From Candidatus Heimdallarchaeum aukensis (GTDB taxonomy: Archaea; Asgardarchaeota; Heimdallarchaeia; Heimdallarchaeales; Heimdallarchaeaceae), in the NCBI GenBank assembly GCA_021513695.1, contig CP084166.1, forward strand, positions 1,056,001 to 1,120,000: 64,000 bases of DNA, in the 5' to 3' direction. The translations under genes were made by a program, and so were the position numbers. This document shows positions 40,813 through 49,670 of this stretch, piece by piece; positions within the stretch are counted from its first letter, which is position 1; each line of letters opens with the position of its first letter. A model generated the notes under the pieces. It had not been told where the DNA came from. It saw nothing but the letters and a program-made list of their open reading frames with translations, and did no database searches.

Positions 40813-42117
40813 TTAGGTTGCTATACGTAATTTTGTTTTACAAGTTGGGCAAGTTCCTTTTTGAATAATCCATTGATAGAGATGATTTTTGTGGAAAATA
40901 TTATCACAAGAAGGACAACGAATAGAATTCTTAAGATTATTTATGCTTTGGAAGCAAATACTACATTTAGGTTTCATTTGAGACGTACCAACAATTCTAA
41001 AATCTTTTGGAATCGAAGAAAAGTCCACTCTAATAGCGTTCTCAGGTGCGTATTCTGCTTTTTTATATTTTATAGAAGGATAAGACTCAAAACTTTGATA
41101 CTTCTTATTCTTTCTTTTTCTAAGTACAATTGATACAATTATAACAGAAATAACTAGAAATGGTGGTCCAGCATAAAGCACTATTTTCAGAAATATTACT
41201 AAAATACTCAAAAAAGACAAAAATACATCACTTTCATACCATTTTTTAATTTTGAAACTATAATCTTTTCCAAAATCAATAGGTATAGAAAAAATAGAAC
41301 TTTTTACTTTAACAAAGAATAATCTTACAATGTTCAATTCTGTAGCATGATCATAAAAAAGCATTATTGAAGCAAAAGAAGAGGAGTTCGAGTATGTTTC
41401 ATTAAAACTAATAGAAAACCATTCAGCTTTTTGAATACTTTCAGAAAGCTTTAATGAAGCAGAAATCGACGATACTGGTCCTTGATAGGTTTCAGAAAAA
41501 ATTGCATTATTAGATTGATCACACACCATTATATCCAAATTCGAAATATTTTTTCCATAAAAATTAATGTTTACATATAGTTTTTTTAATTCAGTAAAAT
41601 GGTCTGGAATTCTTTCTAAACTAAAGTATAATCGGTTTGTCTGTGCTAAGTCTATAAAAGAGTTATAAGTCCAGATTATAGGTTCAGTGAGATTCAAGTT
41701 CCATGAAAAAACAATTTCCTGAACAAATTTATTAACAAATTGTAGTATATAAATTCCAGGTTTTAATTCTTCTGTAATTAAAAAGTGCTTTTCTTTGTCT
41801 CTAGCTGTTATTAACCAATTATTTAGATTTTGCATATCTTTTTCATGGATTAATAATATACCAAGTCCAGTGTAATCATCATCTAATATAATTTCTCCCC
41901 ATTCACCAACTATAACTGAAATTTCGAGAGTTGCAGGTTCATCTAAATAGACATAATACTCTGTTTCTGAGAATGTATCATCTAGTTTCAAAGAAAAAGA
42001 TGAAGAATTCGATTCTTTTTTAATATAATCTGTAGTTCTTTCTGAAATAGCATAAGTACAAAAAAAGTAAGAAGAAAAAAGAACTAATAGTACTAGCAAA
42101 GTAATTTTCTTTTTCAT
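40813..42117 (-). CDS. Type-I membrane protein with extracellular domain and cytoplasmic C-terminal RING-like zinc finger
   Basis: Signal peptide, ~300-aa ectodomain, TM helix, then C-x2-C-x12-C-x2-C-x4-H-x2-H-x10-C-x2-C (CSICFQSINNLKNSIRCPSCDNIFHKNHLYQWIIQKGTCPTCK). This has RING-H2-like FH...W...CPxC[KR] features. Confidence 0.6.
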   Translation of the reverse strand: MKKKITLLVLLVLFSSYFFCTYAISERTTDYIKKESNSSSFSLKLDDTFSETEYYVYLDEPATLEISVIVGEWGEIILDDDYTGLGILLIHEKDMQNLNNWLITARDKEKHFLITEELKPGIYILQFVNKFVQEIVFSWNLNLTEPIIWTYNSFIDLAQTNRLYFSLERIPDHFTELKKLYVNINFYGKNISNLDIMVCDQSNNAIFSETYQGPVSSISASLKLSESIQKAEWFSISFNETYSNSSSFASIMLFYDHATELNIVRLFFVKVKSSIFSIPIDFGKDYSFKIKKWYESDVFLSFLSILVIFLKIVLYAGPPFLVISVIIVSIVLRKRKNKKYQSFESYPSIKYKKAEYAPENAIRVDFSSIPKDFRIVGTSQMKPKCSICFQSINNLKNSIRCPSCDNIFHKNHLYQWIIQKGTCPTCKTKLRIAT

Positions 42118-44225
42118 TTTTTAGCTCCATTTTGTTTTAATATTAATGCACTTAAACTTATGAAACTTATTAGTATAACAAGAAATTGGAAGTCTGCTGT
42201 TACACCGTAATAATGTTCAAAAGGTTCATTCTTACTATCAAGGTTGAAAGAAACAAATATCTCACCTTCATGATATGAAGGATAGATTAGAACAAAGCAT
42301 TCGTCCTCTGGTAAAAGTACTTCAACAAATCCAGAAGCGATCTCTGTCCAATTCACGTCGTAAATAATAATTTTCATTTCTACATACTCTGAATCGGCTA
42401 ATATAGTTCTCTGCTCGCTGAGATTTAATCTATTATCGATGTACAGAAGAATTGATTGATTATATGTTAAAGTTATGGTCATATTCTGTTCAAATTCCAA
42501 GTTTATCTTTTCTACATTGTAAATATTAACATCGATTGCAATGTTTGTCCAAATTTTTATCTTGTAGAGAGAAAGAGATGAAAGACTCAAGTTGATGAAA
42601 TCTTGGCCTGTTTTTTCATAAACTATTTCTCCTTTCTTAACATCTAAACAAATAATATTTACTGGAGATTCTGCATCAATGAGCCCAATTGTACTATTTT
42701 CTTTAGCTTCTAGATAGAATATGGTACTTTGGTTTTCATAAAGATGGAATGTGAATCGCTCATTTGGTAAAAGATTCAAGTACTCAACATTTTCTCCTAA
42801 AGGAGCTGTATATATGCCTGTTACAATATCATTACCTAGATAATCTTCGGTGTAAATATAATAACTCAGTAGCTCATCTTCATCATCATATTTTAATGAT
42901 AAAATAAAGGTATCACCAGATTGATTGGTAGCTTGAGCAATAACCCAAGTAAGATTGTCATTATAACGGTAAAAAACTTCAACAAAAGGTACTCGGGAAA
43001 CATCTAAAACCTCAACTATGATATTAACATACTTTTGTTCAGTGTTGAAATCTTCAGTGTAAGAAGCCCAAGCTCTTATTTCAGGTGGTAAATCATCAAC
43101 TAAGACTCGAAAAACTTTTTCAATTGTTTGAGTAGATGAAGTATCACTTTCAATTGTTAAATAGGTAACAGTAAGGAATATTTTAAGAGCTTTCTCAACA
43201 GAGTAAGTCTCGATGAAATATTTAATTATTCTTGGTAGATCAGCAGTTGAAGGAAATTCTTCTGTACCAATTCTGACATAGGTTCCATGAGTAATTTCAG
43301 CACCTAAACTTAATCTTTCAATAGTCAATTCATCTGAACCTTTCGCTGCAACAGTACACAAAATAAACTTTTCTTCAGCTAATTGTTCATACAAGTTTTG
43401 TAAATCTCTTGTAGAAACCTTTATTCCATCATCTCCAGCTTCATCAGTAATTAAGACAATAAGATTAGGAACATCCTCTCTCCAATCCATTTGATACATA
43501 GCCACCCATAAAGCATCACCCCAAGGTTCAATAGAGCCAGAAGCTTTCGTTTTTTTCAATTTTTTAACGATTTGTTGAACATCAGAGGTTAAAGGTGTAA
43601 CTAGTTCTTCAAAAAGGTAAGGATTTTCTTTTTCTCCTCCGAAAAGAACTAGACCTATTCGTAAATCATTTATTGTATCTGAAAGTTCATTCACTACTGA
43701 GATTAAGTCAGAAGTTAAAGCTTCAATTTCATCGTCCATCGAACCAGATTGATCTAAAACAATAACTAAATCCAGAGATTCACTTATAGTTTCATTTGTT
43801 GTTACATTTACTTTATATTCTTTTGAAAGGTAGGTTTCATGTCCATTTAAAGTCCCTACAGTTTCAAAGGCACTGTTACTTTCTTCGCCACCATCACTCA
43901 CTAAAACGCCTAAATCATTCAAAGAGAAGTTTAATTTCACATCATAAGCTGCAGTTTCATTAATATTGGTTATATTGAAGTAAAATGAGAACTGATTTTG
44001 AGATTTTATACTTGGCATCTTATCTTCTCTGTGACTTTCTAAATTAGTATTGAAAGATACCTTAAGTTCAGGTTCATCTCTCTCTTGTGTAGTAGTAATT
44101 AAACTTTTGATTTCGTTTTCTGTATCACCAATATTTTCAATATTTCCATCAATCTTTATCCCGCCCAATATAAATCCAGCTATCAAAAGAAGGATTAATA
44201 CTTTTTTTAACTTACCAGTAATCAT
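42114..44225 (-). CDS. Cell-surface protein with von Willebrand factor A (vWA) domain, N-terminal and C-terminal TM segments
   Basis: MIDAS motif LVIVLDQSGSMDD, downstream T and D ligands, N-terminal TM and C-terminal anchor. Start reassigned to MITGKLKK (ATG at 44225). The 4-bp overlap with the RING-like gene indicates an operon. Confidence 0.7.
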   Translation of the reverse strand: MITGKLKKVLILLLIAGFILGGIKIDGNIENIGDTENEIKSLITTTQERDEPELKVSFNTNLESHREDKMPSIKSQNQFSFYFNITNINETAAYDVKLNFSLNDLGVLVSDGGEESNSAFETVGTLNGHETYLSKEYKVNVTTNETISESLDLVIVLDQSGSMDDEIEALTSDLISVVNELSDTINDLRIGLVLFGGEKENPYLFEELVTPLTSDVQQIVKKLKKTKASGSIEPWGDALWVAMYQMDWREDVPNLIVLITDEAGDDGIKVSTRDLQNLYEQLAEEKFILCTVAAKGSDELTIERLSLGAEITHGTYVRIGTEEFPSTADLPRIIKYFIETYSVEKALKIFLTVTYLTIESDTSSTQTIEKVFRVLVDDLPPEIRAWASYTEDFNTEQKYVNIIVEVLDVSRVPFVEVFYRYNDNLTWVIAQATNQSGDTFILSLKYDDEDELLSYYIYTEDYLGNDIVTGIYTAPLGENVEYLNLLPNERFTFHLYENQSTIFYLEAKENSTIGLIDAESPVNIICLDVKKGEIVYEKTGQDFINLSLSSLSLYKIKIWTNIAIDVNIYNVEKINLEFEQNMTITLTYNQSILLYIDNRLNLSEQRTILADSEYVEMKIIIYDVNWTEIASGFVEVLLPEDECFVLIYPSYHEGEIFVSFNLDSKNEPFEHYYGVTADFQFLVILISFISLSALILKQNGAKK

Positions 44226-44227
44226 AT

Positions 44228-44310
44228 ATATCAAGATATCGATATACATACAACTATATAAAAGTTTCTCTTTCACAGAGTATAAGAGAAATATATCAAA
44301 ATATCGAAAT
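44228..44310. promoter_or_regulatory. Two copies of an 18-bp direct repeat, ATATCAAGATATCGATAT at 44228-44245 and ATATCAAAATATCGAAAT at 44293-44310, in a divergent promoter region
   Basis: Seen directly; 16/18 identical. One copy sits just upstream of each divergent operon start. Confidence 0.4.
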
Positions 44311-44340
44311 ATTTATAACATGTATAAATGATTCTTAAAT

Positions 44341-44694
44341 ATGGAAAAACTACTGAACAGAGTAGTTGAGCTTTTAGAAGAGATCAACACAAAATTGAGT
44401 AGAATAGAAAAAAAATTAGAAGGAGAAGGAGAGATTAATATACCTTCTTCAATTGATTTATTAACAAAAATGACTAAAGCGCAAAGATTGACTTATTTTG
44501 CTGTACAAAAAATCGGAGAAGCGACTTGTTCAGAAGTAGCAGAAGAGACAGGAAGAAGTATGAATTTAGAGTCAAGGTATTTAAGGAGATTATATGAAAT
44601 GGGAGTTTTAGGAAGAAAACGTGTTCCTGTTTCAGATAAAGAAGAAGAATGGAAGGGGACAGAAGTGAAGTATTTCATAAAGGAGGAGAAGTAA
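44341..44694 (+). CDS. Small winged-helix (MarR/TrmB-like) DNA-binding protein
   Basis: QRLTYFAVQKIGEATCSEVAEETGRSMNLESRYLRRLYEMGVL fits an HTH plus wing. The stop abuts the start of the ParA-like gene. Confidence 0.5.
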   Translation: MEKLLNRVVELLEEINTKLSRIEKKLEGEGEINIPSSIDLLTKMTKAQRLTYFAVQKIGEATCSEVAEETGRSMNLESRYLRRLYEMGVLGRKRVPVSDKEEEWKGTEVKYFIKEEK

Positions 44695-45462
44695 ATGAAA
44701 ACAATAAGTGTTCATAGTTATAGAGGAGGAACAGGAAAAACAACTTTTTTGTTAAATATTGCAGGAGAGTTAGTAACAAGAGGAAAAAAAGTTTTAGCTA
44801 TAGACTTTGATTTAAGAGCACCAGCATTTCAATCTTATTTTAAAATTGATAAACTGAACTATTTGAGTGACTACCTGTTAAATAAAAAGCATTTAGAAGA
44901 AGTTATTGTTCAAGCAGAAGAAAGAGGAAATGGAAGAATAGATTTGATTTTTTCATCTATGGAATTTTTAAAGCAACATTCAAAACAAAGAGATAAGCTT
45001 GTGAGAGATGATACAGTTTATCTTTCAAAGTTGTATCAATTGCAAAAAGAAGTAGAAGAGAATTATGATTATTTATTAATAGATACAACCCCAGGTTTCT
45101 TTTATAGATCAATTGATGCAATGATGATATCAGATATTCTCTTGATTGTTTCTACACCAACCATTTCTAATGTTCAAGGATTAGAAGAGTTATGGAGAAA
45201 TGTCTATTCTATGCTTAAAGAAGATGTAAATATGTACTTATTAATTAATATGATAGAAAAAGAGGGAGAAAAAGTAGATAAAGAATTAGTAGAAAAAAGT
45301 ATAGAAGAGCTAAAAAAAATGGGGAAGAAATATTTTGCAAATAAGTTGATAGAAATACCAGATTATGGAGCAATGGGAGAAAGAATACATTCGTTTGAAC
45401 AAGAACCAAATAAAGAATTTCTAAATAAGATATCAGAATTAATAGATTTACTAAATGGATAA
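44695..45462 (+). CDS. ParA/MinD-family P-loop ATPase (deviant Walker A with Arg in place of the signature Lys)
   Basis: MKTISVHSYRGGTGKTT aligns to the ParA N-terminus xKGGxGKTT. Walker B-like LLIDTTPG. Confidence 0.75.
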   Translation: MKTISVHSYRGGTGKTTFLLNIAGELVTRGKKVLAIDFDLRAPAFQSYFKIDKLNYLSDYLLNKKHLEEVIVQAEERGNGRIDLIFSSMEFLKQHSKQRDKLVRDDTVYLSKLYQLQKEVEENYDYLLIDTTPGFFYRSIDAMMISDILLIVSTPTISNVQGLEELWRNVYSMLKEDVNMYLLINMIEKEGEKVDKELVEKSIEELKKMGKKYFANKLIEIPDYGAMGERIHSFEQEPNKEFLNKISELIDLLNG

Positions 45463-45475
45463 TAGAGGGAAATAG

Positions 45476-46840
45476 GTGAAAGGTGAGAAGGAAAAAGTAA
45501 AGGATTTAAAAAAGGTCCAAAGTTATTTGAAAGATTCTAAAAAAAATCTTTTACTTTTAAAAAGAGGAAAGAAGCCAAGAAGAAAGCTTAAGTTTCTCAT
45601 TAAAGATCACCTTTTTTTCACAATTTTATTCTTAGTCCTAATAGTAGGAGCAACAACTATTCCCCTCTTAATTAAAGAGAAGACAGATGATAAAATAGAG
45701 CAACCAGAAGAGAAAAAAGTAAAGGAAACGCTTACTCTTCTATCGACAAATTTCACAGATAGTGAAGGTATTCCTATAAACGAGTTAGGTAATTACACTG
45801 AATCATCTAAATTAATTATCCTCTCCACTCTTTCATTTTCAATGCTATATCTGGCAGGCTTTAACATAACAATTGAGCAGTTATCACTTCAGAAAGACAA
45901 TATTCTTTCAATTCTTAATGATGGTTCCTTTGTTCAGTTTAACAACAATAGTCAAAAACTTTCTATTTTCTATCAATTTTTGGGCTTATATGCTCTAATC
46001 CAGCTTCTATATGCAACAAAAAACACTGAGATCGGCTTTAGTATTGATATCTTATTCAACAGTTTGAACAAACAATTGAGGGAATATTACAATAAAGAAA
46101 ATAGGCTATTTATTGATAAAAACGCTACAGAAGCTTTTTTGGTTGACCAATCTTTAGCTTTGTGGGTTATTGCTATCACAATACTCTACTTTAATGTAGA
46201 ATCAATATTTGAATTTTATTTACCTGATATAATTCAAGATGTGTTATACAGTTTAAATCAAGATTATAGAAACGCAACAACTAATAAAATTGTGAGCTCA
46301 ATAAGCAATAAGACAAAAGAGCCAATACAATTAGAAGTGACTTCCTTTGATTTATTAATCTTAGTAGCAGCATTATCCAGAGTAAACTTGCTATATGATT
46401 ACTTCTTTGATAATGATTTAAGTAGTATAAATTTGTTTGAAAATATTATTAACCAGTATACAGATGAGAAACTGATAGTTTACGAAAAAAGATTTCTTAA
46501 TGGACATCTACTAATAAGAAATCAGTGTTTTTTTACTCTAACATCATACCTTTTACACTTAACAGTTACAGGAAATCAAAGTTTGAATGTTGTAACAACA
46601 AACTATTGGAAAGATAATAAGGGTTTCATTGAGGAAATTAATGCAAATAAGTTTTCAGCAGAAGCAAACTACTATGGATTGATAACTTTAGCTAGCCCAG
46701 AATGGAGTAAAGGAGAATATTTCTATATTCAAGACAATTATAAGGGAAATGCCGTAACCTCTAGAGCAGATGTGTTAACGATATTCGTATCATTAGTGAT
46801 AGTATTCATCATAAATAAGAGAAGAAAAAGAATAAAATAA
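45476..46840 (+). CDS. Bitopic membrane protein with large extracytoplasmic domain (hypothetical)
   Basis: Basic N-terminus, TM helix at aa ~45-65, C-terminal TM plus KRRKRIK tail. Confidence 0.45.
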   Translation: MKGEKEKVKDLKKVQSYLKDSKKNLLLLKRGKKPRRKLKFLIKDHLFFTILFLVLIVGATTIPLLIKEKTDDKIEQPEEKKVKETLTLLSTNFTDSEGIPINELGNYTESSKLIILSTLSFSMLYLAGFNITIEQLSLQKDNILSILNDGSFVQFNNNSQKLSIFYQFLGLYALIQLLYATKNTEIGFSIDILFNSLNKQLREYYNKENRLFIDKNATEAFLVDQSLALWVIAITILYFNVESIFEFYLPDIIQDVLYSLNQDYRNATTNKIVSSISNKTKEPIQLEVTSFDLLILVAALSRVNLLYDYFFDNDLSSINLFENIINQYTDEKLIVYEKRFLNGHLLIRNQCFFTLTSYLLHLTVTGNQSLNVVTTNYWKDNKGFIEEINANKFSAEANYYGLITLASPEWSKGEYFYIQDNYKGNAVTSRADVLTIFVSLVIVFIINKRRKRIK

Positions 46841-46844
46841 CAAT

Positions 46845-47495
46845 TTAATTACCAATTAGCCCTTGAGTAATAGAAAAACTAGTTTCATCTTTAATTTGAT
46901 TGTAAAATTGTTTTAGTATTTTTAATCGTCGTCTCGCAAGCCTTTTGGTGAAACAGAAATGCATTCTTGAAGGAAGAAGAAAAAGTTTATCATCAAAATG
47001 AAGTAACATCTCATCTATATCTCTATTGTGCTCTAAACTGAAAGAAATTACACGAAAAAGGCCGATAGAACCTAAAGCATCCAACATATCTGCATCTTGT
47101 AAGATTTTGCCTTCAATACTCGTAGGCTCTCTACTTTTACTGAAACGGTGTTCAAGAATATTAACACGAACTTCCTCTGCTAAATCAGGAAAACCTCGCT
47201 CAGAAAGAAAGTCAAAAGCTATTTTTGAACCCATTTCAGCATGACACTCTCCTGTTTTAGACTCTTCTGGGCGAGCAACATCATGAAAAAGGGCACTTAA
47301 TAAACAAACATCAAGAAAAACATGGAGCTTGACTCCAATAGAATAACACAAGTCAATAACACGAATAGTATGCTCTAAAGAGTGAGTAGAAGAATCATTG
47401 TCTAATTTAGAAGAAACAAAAGAATATCCTTCTTTAAAGATTTTAAGAAATAAAGAATAGTCTTTAATATACTTGGCTTTGTAATGAGAAATCAT
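46845..47495 (-). CDS. HD-domain metal-dependent phosphohydrolase
   Basis: H...HD motif (HTIRV...ALFHDVARPEE) and downstream His/Asp ligands. Confidence 0.75.
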   Translation of the reverse strand: MISHYKAKYIKDYSLFLKIFKEGYSFVSSKLDNDSSTHSLEHTIRVIDLCYSIGVKLHVFLDVCLLSALFHDVARPEESKTGECHAEMGSKIAFDFLSERGFPDLAEEVRVNILEHRFSKSREPTSIEGKILQDADMLDALGSIGLFRVISFSLEHNRDIDEMLLHFDDKLFLLPSRMHFCFTKRLARRRLKILKQFYNQIKDETSFSITQGLIGN

Positions 47496-47527
47496 TAAAC
47501 AATTAAAAAACCTCAGCTATTAATAAT

Positions 47528-49165
47528 TTATGAATAGGCATTTTCATATTCTTCATTATTTGCAGTTAAGCATGAAATTCGGCTATAAATTTCTTCAAAA
47601 TATGATCGTGAATAAATAGTTTCAGAAATGTTATAGTGGTCTTGAATCACACTTAAAGCTTTGTAATAAATTTCCTGAATCAGAAAAAATATATTAACAT
47701 CAAACATGTTTTTTCCAAATGATTTTGGAATCTTATGTAAACCATGAAGTGGATTAATGCAAAACTCTGTATTGAGCTCTGTTAATCCAGACCAATCACT
47801 GTGACTAATACCAGCTGTTGGACCGTAAAACAAATCATAGTATTTTTTGTCTCCAATGTCTTCAGCCATTTTTCTAATACTAGTTTTATCAGCCCAACTA
47901 CCTGTGAGCTTTATTTTTATTAGATCTGATAAACCTTTTTCTGTTAAAATTCTATCAATTTGCTTAATTTTTTTTTCATATCCTTTTGGTTTATATTCCT
48001 CTAATTTCATTTTTTCATTCTTTTTTTCACCATAACCATATTCTTTAAACTTTGCATATAATTCTTCATCATCTTTTAGTAATAACCACTTTAAAACAAA
48101 ATATGTTTCTAAATGGTTTCTTAGTAGAATATAGCCAATAGATGGTTCTTGGAAAACTAAATAATTGGAAAAAAATTGAAAATTTGACGCTAGTCTAGAA
48201 ATAAGTCCAGCAACGATATCCTCTTTGGATGGATTATATATGTTAATTTTGATTTTTTTCCACATTTGATTGATTTCAAGATCAATACTATCAATCAAAT
48301 AAAGTCGCATTTCGGTAAGTTCATACCAAACTTGATTATATTCTTGAATATTTATCTTTCTCATGGAAGGAATACAAGGAGATAATAGTCCATTTTTCAT
48401 CCAGAATTTTTTTGACCAATTTTGATCAATAAAATTATCTAAAAATATAGCTGATATGCTTCGCGCCGATGATTCAACCAATTTTTTGTCTCCCTGCGGA
48501 TATACCGATAGTGCTTTAATAATCCTCGAACAAGTTTCTTGTTCTAACCCGATTATTTTTCTCTCTTCCATCATTCTCATTAGAACAAGTACTCGCATTA
48601 ATGATGCAAGATCACCATGACTCTCATATAACTCGATAATAAGATTAGAAATAACATCTAAAATCTCATCTTTTTGACTCTCGGAAAATGGTTTTACGTT
48701 AAATAAATAATTAAGAGAATCTTCTTGATAAATATTCATTATATCCTCAAAACGCGTTCTAATAAAAATAGACGCAAAAATGTGTTGAATTTCATTTAAG
48801 AAATCTTTTTGATGCTCTAAAGGAATATTAGAAAATTCGCTTACCAAGCCAAATGAGACAGCATCAGATTGAAGATATTTTTGAATTAATTGAGTAGTCT
48901 TTCTGTAAAGATAAAGAGCTTTATGATGATCATAAGTAGTGAATAAACTAGCTACCCAAAGAAACTCAGGAAGTTGTTTTTTTGACCAATCAACTTCTAT
49001 TATCTTATCCTCTCCTAACAGATATAAGAGGGGGGAAATCAAATGTTTCTTATATCGTTTGTGTTTTAAATACTTATCTTTTTTGTGTTTCATAAAAGAT
49101 ATTATTGAAAAATATAATATAAAATATTCGAAATTTAATTTTTTAATATTAATAAAATAAAGCAT
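47528..49165 (-). CDS. Large hypothetical protein (no recognisable domain)
   Basis: 545-aa ORF with good local coding character, 33 bp upstream of the HD gene. Start probably internal (MKHKKDKY). Confidence 0.45.
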   Translation of the reverse strand: MLYFINIKKLNFEYFILYFSIISFMKHKKDKYLKHKRYKKHLISPLLYLLGEDKIIEVDWSKKQLPEFLWVASLFTTYDHHKALYLYRKTTQLIQKYLQSDAVSFGLVSEFSNIPLEHQKDFLNEIQHIFASIFIRTRFEDIMNIYQEDSLNYLFNVKPFSESQKDEILDVISNLIIELYESHGDLASLMRVLVLMRMMEERKIIGLEQETCSRIIKALSVYPQGDKKLVESSARSISAIFLDNFIDQNWSKKFWMKNGLLSPCIPSMRKINIQEYNQVWYELTEMRLYLIDSIDLEINQMWKKIKINIYNPSKEDIVAGLISRLASNFQFFSNYLVFQEPSIGYILLRNHLETYFVLKWLLLKDDEELYAKFKEYGYGEKKNEKMKLEEYKPKGYEKKIKQIDRILTEKGLSDLIKIKLTGSWADKTSIRKMAEDIGDKKYYDLFYGPTAGISHSDWSGLTELNTEFCINPLHGLHKIPKSFGKNMFDVNIFFLIQEIYYKALSVIQDHYNISETIYSRSYFEEIYSRISCLTANNEEYENAYS

Positions 49166-49183
49166 AATTTTTATAATAGTTAA

Positions 49184-49576
49184 GTGAATAGTTTAGTTAT
49201 GAACAATAAAAAAATAAACAAGAATCAAGGAGAAAAACAAGAGTCTCAAGCTTTTACCATGTCAATTTTTTCTAGACGCTGGGGACATGAAGATAACTAT
49301 ATTGTATTTATGTGGGAAGAAGGTTGGAAAATATCATCACATAGTGGTATTGTTGAATGTAATAAAAGATTTGAACCAGGATTATATGACATACTTAAAC
49401 ATGACTCGATTAATTACCCTAAAAATCTTCCTCTATATTTCGAATGGTTTTGGGAAGAAGCTCAAGAACAAGGATTAAACCATGAAGAAATTCAAGAAGG
49501 ATTGACAGAACTTACTAACTGGATAAACAGATGTGAAATTTCAACTCCTTCAAAAGGAATATTTGAAAGATTTTAA
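49184..49576 (+). CDS. Small Trp-rich hypothetical protein
   Basis: 130-aa ORF between the unknown 545-aa gene and the OLD-family gene. Confidence 0.4.
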   Translation: MNSLVMNNKKINKNQGEKQESQAFTMSIFSRRWGHEDNYIVFMWEEGWKISSHSGIVECNKRFEPGLYDILKHDSINYPKNLPLYFEWFWEEAQEQGLNHEEIQEGLTELTNWINRCEISTPSKGIFERF

Positions 49577-49670
49577 AATTTGCATGTAAAATCAAAGGCT
49601 ATATTAGACAACATAAAATGATGTCTCCATATGATTGCTAAGATTGACACAATATATAAAAAGAATTTTT

